From Epiperipatus broadwayi (lineage: Eukaryota > Animalia > Onychophora), in NCBI GenBank assembly GCA_028023455.1, contig JAQFVV010000006.1, positions 12,028,001 to 12,092,000 of the forward strand: a stretch of 64,000 nt of DNA. Reading direction: 5' to 3'. Positions within the stretch are counted from its first letter, which is position 1. Each line of letters opens with the position of its first letter. The position numbers and the translations under genes were made by a program. Below the pieces are notes generated by a model. The model saw nothing but the letters and a program-made list of their open reading frames with translations. It did not search any database and had not been told where the DNA came from. Positions 37,621 through 51,789 of the stretch are shown here, piece after piece.

Positions 37621-39924
37621 CTTAGTTAAGAGCACACTTCAAGAATGATTCCAGTAATCATATATATATACTAGGTGATTGGAGATTTTTCCATAATAAT
37701 AAATTAATGTTAGATAAAATAATAATCAGAATGACAATTCCTTTTGAGATATTTTAATATCATGTTGACTTGCTAATGGAAGGAGCCTTTTATCAGCATG
37801 TTATAACTTCGCAAAATTAAAGTAATCATTTAAATCGAAGAACAATTTGAATATATTTTGCAATAAAAAATTATATATTAAAGTCGCATTCAAACAAAAA
37901 CGGTTCTATGCTTTATAGAGGTAGACTATGGCCATGGTAGATAAGTTCTAAGTGCATAAGATAATTGAGTTATATTAAAATAGACTCTCTCTCTCTATAT
38001 ATATATCAGAGTGGGTGTATAAATGTAACAAGTCCATTATAAACTAACATGTATATCCAAATGTAATTACATTTCATAATAAAGCATCTTAAAGTAAAGC
38101 ATATACCCAAATACAGATATCAAATTAAATAAGACATAATAAATATAAATCCAAAATTATATTTTATAATGAGCTATAAACCCTCTAGTCATAGGTTAAT
38201 CAGGTAAGATCAATATACTTCATGGCACAATCCTGCAATATGTTCCTAATTTAAGATAAAATACTATAATAAGATTGATTAAAGTTGAAAATATCATAAG
38301 ATAATAAGACATGATATTCTTGAATTGCACTGGTGAAGTCTGAGTTCCTGTCTCTACGGAGAATTTGCTCTTTTTCCCTCCATTTTTTAGATGTTTAGAG
38401 AGATTAAAATAAAATAGAATAACTTAAAAAGAAATTGATTGCTTGAATATAGTTTTTTTTCTAGCAATGCATATTGTCTTGTTCTCCAAAAAATAGTTAG
38501 AACTTAAATAATTTGGTTGTAGAATTCAGAAAATAATATTAGTATGACTAATCTATAGTGATGATGAAGCAGTTAGTGACCATTATGCATTCAAAAACTG
38601 CCTCTTTTATACTCATTTTAGTGTAACACATGATTCCAATTAGTATAATTAACAGAAGGGAGTTTATTACAAATGACAAAAACCTAGAATATTTGCACCA
38701 GAAATAATTTACATATCATTTAAATAAATAAAGAAAAGTGATTTCAAATGTTTTTTATAGAATTTTTTTTTTAAAATAAAATACAATTATTTGTTATCTA
38801 ACTTCAAATAGTAATAAAAGAAAAGAAAGAAGAAAAAATAGCAATTTTCAACAGATGAATTTATGAAAGTTAGGCTTAACTTCTCAAAGTCAGTGATTGG
38901 AAAGATAGCAACCTGGTATTGATATATTCTTAAATAAATAAAAAGTGCAATTATATATCTTTAAATACATGAAATAGAGCATTAAGTTACCTAATTAAAT
39001 TAATAGAAATAATCCCAGTTAACCTTTTAGAATTATTATAAATTTTTTTAGATACCAGATTGTACCAGTACTTATTTGTCTATAATGGTTACAATATATA
39101 GATAACAACTGTTTGAAGTTCTTGATTCTTATTGATATTGGAATTGTCTAAATGTTGACTGGTTTTTGATTATATATATATTGTAATAAAATAAATTCTA
39201 CAAGAGTATTAAGTAATTAACAATTATCAAATGTAATAAATTTTAAAAACAAAATTTATTATTTTGCTTGGCCAGGCTTTCACTATAGTGTATTTTTGTC
39301 AAAGCACAACTAAAGTGAATATTAACAAATATATTACCATATCCTCATACATTAATCTAGTTGCATATTAGCATACTCTTGTAGAATTTATTTTATTAGA
39401 TATTATCTATGGTATGCACATATATTATAATTTATTCTTATATATATATAGAATGCATATAATATTAATGCAAAATTCACGTCACTTGATGTTTGATGAT
39501 CCAACATTAAATCATTTGTGTTTGGATTTTTTAAACGAAGATTCATCAAACATCTTTTCCACACATTTTCAATTTTAATTTCTACTAATATTTCTGACGA
39601 AAAGTATAAATAATTTTTTATGCATAGTTCTGTATTATTATGAACTAAGCTCATTTAATCATATTTATTTTCCTACATTATATGACACTAAAATGAAACC
39701 AAACATATAATATGTTTATACATAAATATATATCAAATCAAAAATCAGGTAAAATATCTTTTATCTGTGAAAACAAATTTTCAAAGATATATACAGGAGG
39801 AATTATTTACAAGTTCATTTAAATGAATCTTTGTTAATTTAGCTTGTGAATATCTTAGTAATATATTTGGACTTGTTGTTTGGAAAATGAATTTATATAA
39901 TAGTAAGAAAATCAAGACATACAT

Positions 39925-40275
39925 CCATGTGACTTAATCTATTAAGCTTGTATTAGAAATGTAATATAACGAGCATGCTAACAGCTTTATGCAAGCTTTT
40001 CTGATAAATGCTGGGCGAAAAAGTATTTAAAATCTCTAACTAGAATTATCCCTATCCCCAAACCAGTTTCAAGCTAATGGCTCTCATCAGTGAGGCATTA
40101 GGATATTCAGACACTAGATCCAAAATACCAACTCAAGCCCAGCATTTCTCTAATACTTAACTATTAAGTAGATAATTTGAAATTTTCAAACATCTATATG
40201 TCTTCAAATCCTGCTATCTAACTTAAATAGCTATATGGGTCTGAACCAACTTCAGCTACACCATATAATAATAGC
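39925..40275 (-). mobile_element. Family B element with intact hammerhead core
   Basis: 40057-40094 (-): CTCA-CTGATGA-GAGC CATTA GCTT-GAAA-CTGG-TT-TGGG. Confidence 0.85.
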
Positions 40276-40339
40276 ATTAGCAATTTAACATCACCAAAAC
40301 CTCAAAAGCCAAATTATAATAGTAAAGAAATCAAGTTGT

Positions 40340-40530
40340 ACATCATGTGACTTAATTTAATAAGCTTGTATTACAAATGTAGTATAAAGAGCATATTAAT
40401 AGCTCTAAACAAGCTTTTCTGAGAAATGCTGGAAGAGAAGGCATTTAAAATCTCTATCTAAAATTATTCCTATCCTCGAACTAGTTTTGAGCTGATGGCT
40501 TGCTTAGAGCTGTTAGTACGCTCATTATAT
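40340..40530. mobile_element. Family B element with short inverted arm
   Basis: Minus arm to ~40500; + arm gcttagagctgttagtacgctcattatatt. Confidence 0.75.
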
Positions 40531-41254
40531 TATATTATAAATTTATATCGATAGTGTTACATATTTGATGAAGTTGTAAAATTATTTACACACTGATTAA
40601 AATTGTTAGAATTGCATTTAAGTTAGTATTTGAAACTGTAAACTGACTTGACTAACATGTAAATAAAACTTGCAGATAATAGGAAGTTTCAGCCTTTTTG
40701 AGTATCAATGTTTGGTTTATTAGTATGTAACAAATTGAAGATCAGACAGAAAATCTTTTATCTGATAAAGTAGATTAGTATTCATATAATAAAAGAATGG
40801 GCATTAGTTACAATTTCATTTAAATAATTTTTTGAGTCTCTAGCTTGAAAATTATCTTAATAATGTATTCAGACTTTACTATGAATATTGAAATGAGTAA
40901 TGTCTAATTCATTTCATTGTCAGCCATATGGTCTTCCACATATTAACACGGTTTTCAGTTTTGTGAAGGTAGGTAATAAATGTAGCAGTACAAAAAATTT
41001 AAAGAAAATCATATAAAATAAAAGTAGTGTCTTAAATATTAAAAGAAATAATAATAGGTAATATTTAAATATTAGAATAAATTATATTTTAAAATAATAA
41101 TATAATAGATTGTTAAAAGTGTTTAATTTAAGAGAAACTAATAAATTATATAAAATATATTAAAACTGCTTCTCTTATCAAAGAATAAAAGAATGTGTTT
41201 AAAATTACATGGGAAAAAGTGCATTGGAAAACAACTCAATTAAATATAGTAGTA

Positions 41255-41440
41255 AACATCACACGATCACCATTTCGTATGCTTGCACAACCTGTTAAAA
41301 CAGACAAAACTCTCTATACAGTAGTGCCATAAGCTAGAAACTAGTCTGGGGATATTGGACAAGTAGGCACTAGATAGGGATTTTATGCCCAAACCTTCTT
41401 GCATCTATTGATTATATGTTTTGCATTGGGTCGCACTATA
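41255..41440. mobile_element. Family A element, head-to-head pair
   Basis: aaacatcacacgatcacc... (-) joined to aagctagaaactagtctgggg... (+) at ~41330. Confidence 0.8.
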
Positions 41441-42475
41441 ATAGTGTTAAAAAATAGATATTAAAAGTTTAATTAAATAATTTACTTTGTGGTTTAAATA
41501 ATTATATCAAAAATAATGTAATAAAAATATTAAGTTTGTTTTAAGATGTAAGATCGAAAAACAAGGATAATTTTAAGTAATGTAATAATTAGGGTATTCT
41601 TAAAATTCAATCAATTAAACAATGACGGTATTTTAAAAATTAATGTAAATAAAATCAAATGAGATCATAAGGGTATTGTAAATAAGAGATTATCAAAGGG
41701 GTGTAAACAAGAGATGAAAAGTATAGGTAGTCAGTTTTCTTGATATTAATCAGTCTGTATTTTGGCTATATTCAAGCTGTATTAAACTAATATAAGTATG
41801 ACTAGGAAGAAAAGAGGAAAAAAACCACTAACTGCCTGAAATTTAACATGGATCCTTGTAAATATGACCAAGATATTTAGAAGGAATCTCTATTCAAAAT
41901 ATAAAAAAATTCTTAAACATCAAATTTTAAAGGCAGGAGGGTGAAAAGGACACTATAATAATATCTAAAGAGAAAAACATGATTATAAATGAAATAAAAT
42001 AATGTATGATATAATGGAAGAATTATCATCTTATATAAGAATCCTCCCAATGAACTGTAGACAATTCTGGCTACAAAACTTTATGTTATGTAAGCGAAAT
42101 ATAACAAAAATTATTGTTTAGACTGTTATCCTAACGTATTAACTATTTTAAGTTTTATTTTATGACATCTTAAGATTTTATCAATTCTAAGGAATTATAA
42201 GAATCATGCTTTGCAATCTCCAGAAAATGGTCGTTATAAAATTTGCATAAAATTTACGTAAACCACAGCTAAACTTCAGTTAAAAGTAGGCTATGATTAT
42301 GGAGACTTAAGGTCTCTGAAAGTGCTAAGCCATATAACTTTTTAATAAGATTGAGACAAGCTTCACTTTTTTGCATAAAGCACAATCTAAATTACTTACT
42401 AATCAAAGGTGAAGTGGAAAACTAGTATTTTATATTTTATTATGTATAATATATTATTTAATTGATTGATTAAAG

Positions 42476-42550
42476 GAAGAAGCGAATGATTTGTTTAAAG
42501 AATCACCATTTGCTGTTAGCATTTATAAATGCTGTAGTATGTTCAAGCAG
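42476..42550 (+). CDS. Open 75-nt exon (phase 0 to 0)
   Basis: ttaaag|EEANDLFKESPFAVSIYKCCSMFKQ|gtaaat. Confidence 0.55.
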
Positions 42551-42804
42551 GTAAATACAAAATTCATTTCATCACTATATCCCCTTTTAAAAAAAGCAGT
42601 TTTTTTTTCATGTGGAAAATGTCAGAAAATATGCAAATTTAATAAGAATAATCAATGATGCAATATTCATTGTAAACATATGAAAAGTGCATACATATAA
42701 AATATTTAATGGGAAATGTCCAAGAGTTAAAAATGAGTAAATGGAATAATTTTCAATTAGGAGCTTGTCTGAAGGTTTGTGGTGATGGTATATCAGATGT
42801 GATA

Positions 42805-43045
42805 ATATGTTGGACTATTTTCATCATCTTGAAATGTTATATGTATATAAAATATTAAACTTTTTTAAACTTTTCAAATGCAAACAACTTATTAGTATTA
42901 ATACAAATAGACAACACAGGTTAGCAATTACACTACATTTTGAATAGTATTATTGTCCAGTGACAGTATTAGCATAGGAGTCAAACTTACACATTTAGAT
43001 TCTTGAAATATCTAATTTTAAGGCAAGCTCTAACCAACTGACTTA
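42805..43045 (-). mobile_element. Family G element lacking the hammerhead core
   Basis: Head TAAGTCAGTTGGTTAGAGC ... GTTTGACTCC; tail matches 37280. Confidence 0.7.
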
Positions 43046-43469
43046 TTCCACCAAAGCACCAGTCAGTAGAACTTTCATATACTTATCTATGAGGATTGGT
43101 TCAAATACTCATGAGTTCTATTAAACAGTGATTGAAAGAACACAAACTAATGGTTAAAAAACAGTTGTCTACAGTAGTTGACCATGTATGTACTAATGGT
43201 CATATGTTCAATTAGGAAAATGCAAAAATTTTGGGTAGAAACAAAAAGGTAGAAGAAAATTCAAGGAAGCTGCTCATATGTCAATGGTAAATAACCTATA
43301 GGTCAACTCAGTATCGCAGCGCACCAGGTATGGATGCCTCTAATTAATTAATCTTGCTCTTAGGAAAAAGATGAAAAGAAATTGAAGAATTCATGCTTTG
43401 AACCAATTGTCATATATAAATATGTGAAATTTCTATTATCTGTTGCCTTTGACAGAATATGGCTTTCTT

Positions 43470-43730
43470 CAGTGAGGAACTAGGACACCAAAAGAAGATC
43501 TAATTTTTTGAGACATCTACAAGAGTTAACTTTTAGAAAAATGCTTAACTTGAGTTGATTTTTGGAATCTAGTGTCCTAACTCATCACTGAAGACAGCCA
43601 TAGCTCAAAACCTGTCTGGGGATATGGACAATCCTAGATAAAGACGATTTGAATTCTTTCTCTTGTAGCATTTATTATATAAGTAAAAAAATTGTTTAGC
43701 GCTATTAGCATGCTCTTTATATTATATGTA
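43470..43730. mobile_element. Family B-related inverted pair
   Basis: TCA-CTGAAGA-CAGC CATA GCTC-aAAA-CCTG-TC-TGGG at ~43585-43621; mirror fragment ggctttcttcagtgagg at ~43472. Confidence 0.7.
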
Positions 43731-44929
43731 TGGTGCGTGTGTGTATATTAAGAAAGAATGGCTGGATGTTTGCATAAAGAAACAAATCTGAGTAGAATAC
43801 TAAAGCACATTTTGGATTTTAAATGAGTTAAAACCTAAACAAGAGAAATGTATTAATCATATATATAAAAGTAAAACACGAGTTCTTATCGCATGATTTT
43901 TTTTTTTTGCTTCAACATTCTTCTAACCAATCAAAAGAGTCTAAATCCTTTTCTGCATTTAGATAATAGTTAGATATTCATTTATCAACTATTGCTGTAT
44001 GGTTACATAGATTGCCTTTGGCCACCTGCCTGAAAATGTTCTAAATCTCGTTGTGAAATTTTCAGAAGTTCGGTTGGTCTAGGTTCGAACTCCAAGTTTT
44101 AAACACTGCAGATTATTACAGCTGATTATTAAACCACTACTTTCTATAATATATATAATTTTAAAAAAATGTAAAAAAAAAACGAAGTATGTTTCAACAT
44201 CAATTGATTTGACAGATGTTATTTCGTGTTTAACAATAATTTCACATTGGTTTATTTTCATTTTATATTTTCTTTTAAAAAATAATTAGACATCTGGTAC
44301 TCAGAAAGTGAGGTAACGGCATATTGAGAAAAATAAAACTGCTATTAGCGTGAGTTCATTAAAATGATTGATTGTTCTATCGCACATGTAGCCAAATTCT
44401 GTTGGTCCACCCTCCATTTTAACTGCTTTTTTAAATGTATCTGGTTATAATTAGATCTCAACTGGTTAGAAAGATTATTTGATATTTTATTGTTTTTTTT
44501 TATAGTTAGAATCCAATATTTTTAGTATATATTTAAAATATGTATATATTTTTATAATTAAATATCTAATTAGCTTACATTTTCTTATGATTTATCTCCA
44601 TTTATTATTAAGTTAAATTTGCTTATTAAATGCATAGTTAGTTGAGACCAAGTGAAATTGAAAAGTAACTGTTTCAATCGGTCAAATATATTTACTTGAA
44701 TTAAAAATTATTCCAGAAATTTTTTGCTCATCAGCAAGCGATTCTTAATAATGTTCTATTTACTAAAGATTCTGTACAAGATTTTGTACAGATTTATTGA
44801 TTAATCTGTTGTAATCTCTAATAATAAAACAATTGAATGATTAATTGTTCAGAAGGTCACGTGATGCTCATGCAACAGATATTTGAATCAGAAATATTAC
44901 CAAAAATAAACTTTTCCTTTATTTTTGCT

Positions 44930-45340
44930 GCAATATTTTATATAAATCCAATTTATCCAAATCACTTTGAACACTTTTTAGCAGAAACCTTTTATTGTAC
45001 ATATATGCACACATACGTTTGACAGGTCCTGCAGTCTTCTTCAGAGCTATGATATAATGAGAAATTGTATATATATACACATACATCTACATTTCAACTG
45101 TCCTGCAGTCTTCTTCAGATGTAGCCCTGAAGAAGACTGCAGGACATTTGAAAGGTAGGTGTATGTTTATATATCAAAGCTCTGAAGAAGATTCCAGGAC
45201 AGTTGAAACATAGGTGTATATATCATAGCTCTTAAGAAGACTGCAGGATAGTTGAAACATAGGTGTATGTGTATGTACAATAAAAGGTTTTTGCTAAAAA
45301 GTGTTCAAAGTGTTTTGGACAAATTGGATATTTGATTCAA
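44930..45340. repeat. Palindromic array of five ~50-nt hammerhead-like units
   Basis: CTGAAGA-A-GACTG CAGGA CAGTT-GAAA-CATAGG; two units on minus (~45014-45047, ~45085-45119), three on plus (45127, 45182, 45231); flanked by long inverted arms. Confidence 0.8.
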
Positions 45341-46409
45341 TGACCTTCAGCTCTCAAGTTAATTGTAATATCACTTATATTAAAACATTTAAAAAAATCA
45401 TTCAGCAATAATATTTATAAATAGGTATAAAAATATTTTATTACTGCTTTTAACATATGTAAACATTCCATGTGATTTAGGCTCTGGAGTATAAGGTTTT
45501 TGGATTGGTTTCAGTGCCACACTTTCAGCACTCAAACTGCTTAATACCAATAAAACCATTACATTATTATGACATACTTAAACTTTCAAAACTATATACA
45601 CAAATGTTAGATCCAGTTTTTAAGTCAATGATCATTTCTAATTTTGGTATAAACATACTCTTACAATGATTTGTTTATCCACAATGTGCTAAAAGTAGAT
45701 AGAAGTCAATTCCTACCTTTGAAGAGAGTGGCATATTGAAAAATATTGAACTGTCAACAGAAGCATGAAGAAACAGGTATTTTCTGCTTTTATTTCACCT
45801 GGTGAGCAGAATGCATGTGTAATGAAAGAGGGAAGGCTGATTTTTTTTGCACTGATGAATAGTAGCTACATGGAAGTGTTTGAGATGAGGAATGCAATGA
45901 TAAAAATTGTAAAAATAAATATGTAAATTGTAAATAAAATGATGCTCATAATCACAATCAATTGGTCCTTCCATCCGACTGAAACCAATGTTAGGCAAAA
46001 CAATCTGTAACCTATGAAAGATGAGCTAACAAAAAAGCAGCACTAAAAACCATGCTGCACAAAGTATAAGCTGAAATAACACACAATAGCTAAACTCAGT
46101 CGGTATATAATATAAATGCCATATGTTACAATAAAAAATATACAAAGGAAGTATTTAGAATAAAATACAAGCAACATGACTAATAACTCAAGAGGAAAAG
46201 AAATCTCAGCTCACTCTAGCACACATAAATAATAAACTCTTAATATTGTGAACAAATGCCATTGAGGTTATACTAAATTTCTCTCTTCTGCAAATATTTA
46301 CTAAATGTACCATCCTTATTACCCATCTTCTAAGTAACTTCTAAGCATTTCATTGCTTTGAGCAGTTAAAATATTATTTAATCTTTAGATTGTAAAAATC
46401 CCTATTGGC

Positions 46410-47054
46410 CTAGTAAAGATCTAAACTTTTGATTGGTCAATTACAGAATCAGCAGTAAAATATATTCATCTTTTAATATATTTATTTTAGTTTTATTTGT
46501 AAAAAGCAAATTAATAATTTGTCAGATTATGAAAGTAAATGAAAGTTTTTCCAAAAATAAATATCTATTTATAATTATAAAAATAATATATAGCGGAAAA
46601 CCTAAAACAAACATTCATAATCTATTAGAAAATGTTGTGTGCATCATTGATTTCTTTCTCAATTTACATTCATGTAAAAATAAATAATTTTTAGTAAAAT
46701 CTTAACTATTCTTATCAAAATAATTTATAATATGAAAAAAATATGAAAAAAATATACATTTTTGTTTTGAAAATCAAAACAAAGAACTTAGATCTGTCAA
46801 AATCATTGACAAGTGCTTCCTTTTGTTGCAAATCCAAAACAACCAATCAGTGCCTTGGAAAGTCTGCCTTCTCCTATTGTTACAGCTTTAAATTGAAATA
46901 TTAATGATTTTTTACTTACAAAATAATTCTAGAGATGGCAGCATTTTATGGTACAAAATTACTGTAAATTTGCTATGATAATGTAAAAATTGCCAGTTTT
47001 AGAGCAATTTGAAGCCACGAACAAAACGGCCATGTGATGCACCTGTAAGGTTAA
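46410..47054. mobile_element. Second copy of the 14589-15452 repeat
   Basis: ORFs 15098-15355 (-) and 46433-46687 (+) are homologous; ends TAAGG-TTAA. Confidence 0.7.
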
Positions 47055-47711
47055 TTCTTATGAAATTTTAAATGTTCTTTAAAAATTTATGCCACTTAAG
47101 ATCTATCTTTTGAATGTCATTTCTTCATTATCAAAATAAATTTTAAAAATATGGTTCATGAAACCAATCAGGGTATCTCAGGGTAATATGATCTCATTTA
47201 ATCATAAAATACATTCTTTTTGAGTCTTCAGATTTATTCAGTGTTGAATAAAATCCTAGTTAATAAAATAAATGACATAAACTTCCCCTAAGCTAATGTT
47301 ATATCATAATTATGGTAATAACAATGCTATTGTTATCTGAAATAAAATAAAAAACATGATCTCTTAATTTTAGAATAAGAGTCAGTAATCTAGAATTGCA
47401 TGATGGGTAAGGGATTTAATAGCCAATTCTAAATACCCTAGAATAAATCTACTTAAATGTCTTATAAATATGCAGTAGGTTCTTGTAACTTAAATTTTAT
47501 CACAGAATAATAAATATAATTTTTAAATATAAGAATGATTTTAAAATATATATACACAGTGATTTGAATTAAGCAAATCAAATTAGTTAAAATGATCCAA
47601 AGTGGTAAAACAAATTATAATTCTTTATAAAGCAAAATACATCTTCTTTAGATGTTCTACTGATGCTTAAATATTTTAATAAAGTGACTCTTATTATTTT
47701 CAGTATTCATA

Positions 47712-47996
47712 AGAAAACAAACAGGTGCTACTGACCTCATTGAAAAAATTAAAAGACTGAAGTGGAGTTGGGCTGGACATATTGCTAGAAGAGATGATAA
47801 TAGATGGACAATTGAAATCTTAAGCTGGATTCCAAGAGATTGTAAAAGATCCAAAAAGAGACCACATGTTAGATGGATGGACGAAATAAGAAAGTGTGCA
47901 GGGGTGATGTGGAGAAGAGAAGTTAAAGATTGGAAAAGATGGATTGAACTTGGAGAGACCTTCATCCTGCAGTGGGTTAATAATGGTTGATGATGA
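47712..47996 (+). mobile_element. RTE-type LINE ORF C-terminus (best copy)
   Basis: RKQTGATDLIEKIKRLKWSWAGHIARRDDNRWTIEILSWIPRDCKRSKKRPHVRWMDEIRKCAG...FILQWVNNG*, open to TGA 47988-47990. Confidence 0.92.
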
Positions 47997-48954
47997 ATAC
48001 TTTTTTAGCAAATACACTTAAAATAGTTTATATTTTACAAAGTGGAATGATTTCTTGCTGATAAGTGGAATGATGTAAACAAATGATTACAAGAAATTTC
48101 TTAAAAACCAAATATAAGATTACAAATACTCCATATTTGAGTCCACAAAGTCAAAGACTTTCACAATGTTACTTCCTCAAAATTTATGACAGAAGAATTA
48201 AAAATTTTACATCATGTTTTATAAAAAAAATTTCAATTGGATTGAACAAAAATAATCCATCAGATTGAAATAAAATTTCTATTGTTTAATTATCAAAAGG
48301 TTCTTACTTATCAATGGATTTATACAATGATAATAACCTTCATAAAAGTAGTGTCTCTTTTACGAATATTCAACATATTCAATAATAATATTAGCTTATC
48401 AATCCAGAACTGTAGCAATAAGACAGATGTATATTGTCTATTTATGCCTATAGTAAATTTTAAAAATATAAAATTAATTATTATCATATTTTATTCTCAT
48501 TATTAGCAAAACTCAAATACAGGCCTTCACATCGACAATGAATTATTCACATCTATACCAATCAAGAATTCTATAGAGGCAAAGGTGAAATTTTTCAATA
48601 GCTTGATAAAAACCACTAAAGCCATGGCAAAATATTACACCTGCTTTATTAAACATATTACATACTACAAACAAAATCCATTTTTAAATAATTAAAAAAA
48701 AAACGAATTAAATTTTAAAAGAACTTAAAATTGGAGAATGTCAACTATGTAATAAGAGATTAATTAACTTCAAAATTAAAAAAAAGAATTATATACATAA
48801 ATATAATGCCAAAAATATTATACAATTCCAGTTTATGCAATATTTTTCAAAACCTGGCTATTTATTCCACTTTAATTCTGCTACTTACTGTGAGTTGCTA
48901 TATATAATCCTTGTAAAATCTTTACATAATATTGTCTTATCTACATTCCCACAG

Positions 48955-50603
48955 TAGTTTACGGTTTGACATCAGTAAAAGAAGTAAAAGGTAATTATTG
49001 GATGAAAAGTACATTACATGCTCTTTCCCCATTACCACCAAAAATCCAGTACATTAGATGCAGTGCAAAACTTTTTATGGAGGTCTTAAGATGGGATGTT
49101 AATTAGAACAGCAACATACAGAGATTTAATAAGCAATATATTTAGCTCTATTGATTACTCAAACTCTCAACAGGTGGCAGAGTTTGGAGTAGAATAAATA
49201 GTTAATTCTTGTTAAATATGTTCAAATTTTATCTAATTAATTATGGAATCATTATTTTAGAATGCTCTAATTTTTTTTATATTATTGCTTGATAGCTTCT
49301 GTAGCAAGTTATAATTTTAAACAAAGATGTAGTAATATCGATTAACTAATACAGAATCTCTCACTATAAATATATATGTAAAAAAAAAAACAACGGAGGG
49401 TGGGGGGGGGAACAAAAAGAGCCAGAGGGAATATTTACAAAAATTTAAAAATATTGAAATACAAGTATAGTGTATACATATTTAACCTAGATGTAATTAA
49501 AAGGGATTTGAACCCAGATTATTTAAGCCCCCTACAATCATTCACTCTATCCAATATAAACGAAAATATAAAAAACATATTTTTTAAATTATTAATAAAA
49601 AGTATTTTTTGTTATAAATATAGATTCCGTTTATTGTTAAAAATTATTTTACAACATCAAATGATAGTTTAATTTAATTACCTTTTTAAATAGTAATCTT
49701 GCTTTTTATTATATTATTTCTAATTTGCTTTTAAATTAATTTTTATTCAATACAAAAAATTTGTTATGCAAATATATATATATTAATTTTTTTCGTCTGG
49801 AATATAATTTTAAAGATGTAATGCATATATGTGTCTGTTTACAGAAAAATATACAAGTTAAATCTCATTAATATACAATTCTAGAGGCATTTTTTCAATG
49901 TAAAAAGAAGATACTGTATTAAACTATATGATAACTAATAGATATAGACAATTCAAGACAATTCTTCAATTTTTTTCAGATTCAAATCATTTCTGTAATA
50001 TTATTGTCTATCATCAATTATTTATAAAAATCACTCCTTGGAGTGATGGCGTTGCATATCAATCACTTACCCAATATAAATTTTTGCCATTAAATAATTT
50101 ATTTTTAATGGTAATGAATCTGTAATTTTGTTTTATTTTTGTTTCTAGATGGCAGGTATAATCAAGGTGTAATAGCAGCTGTCAATGCAGCTTCTTTTGC
50201 ATAAATCAGTCAAAGACATTCAAAAAGACTAAAGATACATTTTCATAGTTAATTTTTAAATGTTTTTATTTAATTGCAGTATGTTTGTGCATTCATATAG
50301 TTTAAATATGATGTGTGAGTAGATGGTATAGAGATTTATTTTTTAATTAAAAGGTTAGATAAAAATTGAAAATAAATTTTAAGTAATGCATACCATTTTT
50401 TTAAATTAAAAGATTGATTTAACCTTCTAGTTTAGCATATCAATATTTTATTGGGCAAAAAATCAAAAAATTCAATTTGCATCAATAGCCCTCTATTGAG
50501 AGATTTTGCTAACTTTTTCATTCAAAATTTTTCCTAATATTTTAATTTCACAAAAATTCTGAAGATGTCAGAATAATTGAAAAAATGAGGATTTCAAAGT
50601 ATG
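48955..50603 (+). pseudogene. Three phase-1-linked exons
   Basis: VYGLTSVKEVK | DGRYNQGVIAAVNAASFA*ISQRHSKRLKIHFH | NVRIIEKMRISKY; sites ccacag/gtaatt, ttctag, gtaagc. Confidence 0.55.
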
Positions 50604-51789
50604 GTAAGCTCCACAATAATGAACATGAATTGTATTCTTGACAATCTCAAACATTGTGAAATTATTTTGAAATAACATTACAATAACTAAAATTTTGGTT
50701 TTTTTGAAAAGTTTACCATAATTTTTGCATAATAATTAAATGATAATTATTAGGAAAAGCATAAAAGATATTTTTCTGAGTAATGGTATTATGGAAATTA
50801 TAGTGGTGGACAAATATGGTCTGTTAGAAAATATAACAACATCATAAAAATTACTAATTTTTTTAATCTTTTAAAGCATAAATTGATAGATTTACTAGCT
50901 ATTAGTAATTATTCACTGAGAATTTAAAAACAAATATCAAACAAAAAAGATTTAACTTATTTTGTAGATTGAATCTGATTCCCCTGAAGTTAAATGATGA
51001 AATAGCTCTTTGTTTTGAATAAAATCTAATTTTTTAAATAATTTTGAAAATAAAATGTAATTATTTAGAATTTATTTAATTTCTAGATAAAATATCTATG
51101 AAATAAAGTAAAATTTATTATATTCTGATATATAGTAATGATTTAATATTAGAAAGTTTATAGCAGGTGAGAACAAAAAAAACTGTTAAAGTACAAGAGG
51201 GGGGAGTAAGTTTGAGCAGGTGTGTGATTGCCAAGAAATTTTAAATCAATCATGCAAGCAGAAATATAATTTTATATAAAAAAGATTTTATCTTTAAAAA
51301 CTAAAATTAAAAAAAAAGTTATTAAAAAGCAACCATTGAAATTTGGGATTTTTTTATTTTAATGCAAAATCCAATTTAAAACTAAAAAAACTATAAGCTT
51401 GTATAAACAGTAAATTAATAAAAAATTGAAGAATTCAATCAATAAATTTACTATCATTTTGTTTATTTTGGTTATAGCAATAAAAAAAAAAGAACATTCA
51501 TTTTTGAATTTTCATTTAAACAGGTAGATTAGTTTTGACTTTTTGAAAAAATGTTTTAAATTTTTTTTTTCAACAGTGAAAAGTGGTTTTGATACTTAAA
51601 TTGTATTAATTTAATATTATACAAGTTTTTTGTTGATAATTCGTATTTTATGGCAAAAATTAAATTATTTGATTTTTTCCCATACTGATCAATAAAAAAG
51701 CAAAAATATATCATATCAATAATGATTGGAAAAAAGAGTTTTTATTCATCATGCATAAAAAAAAGTGTTTATGTCTATTGTGTAATTCT

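Noticed and set aside
45855-45975. Minus-strand hydrophobic exon GWKDQLIVIMSIILFTIYIFIFTIFIIAFLI
   Set aside because: T-rich DNA readily gives such peptides, and no phase-compatible partner exon was found (49048-49096 and 55766-55828 do not chain to it).
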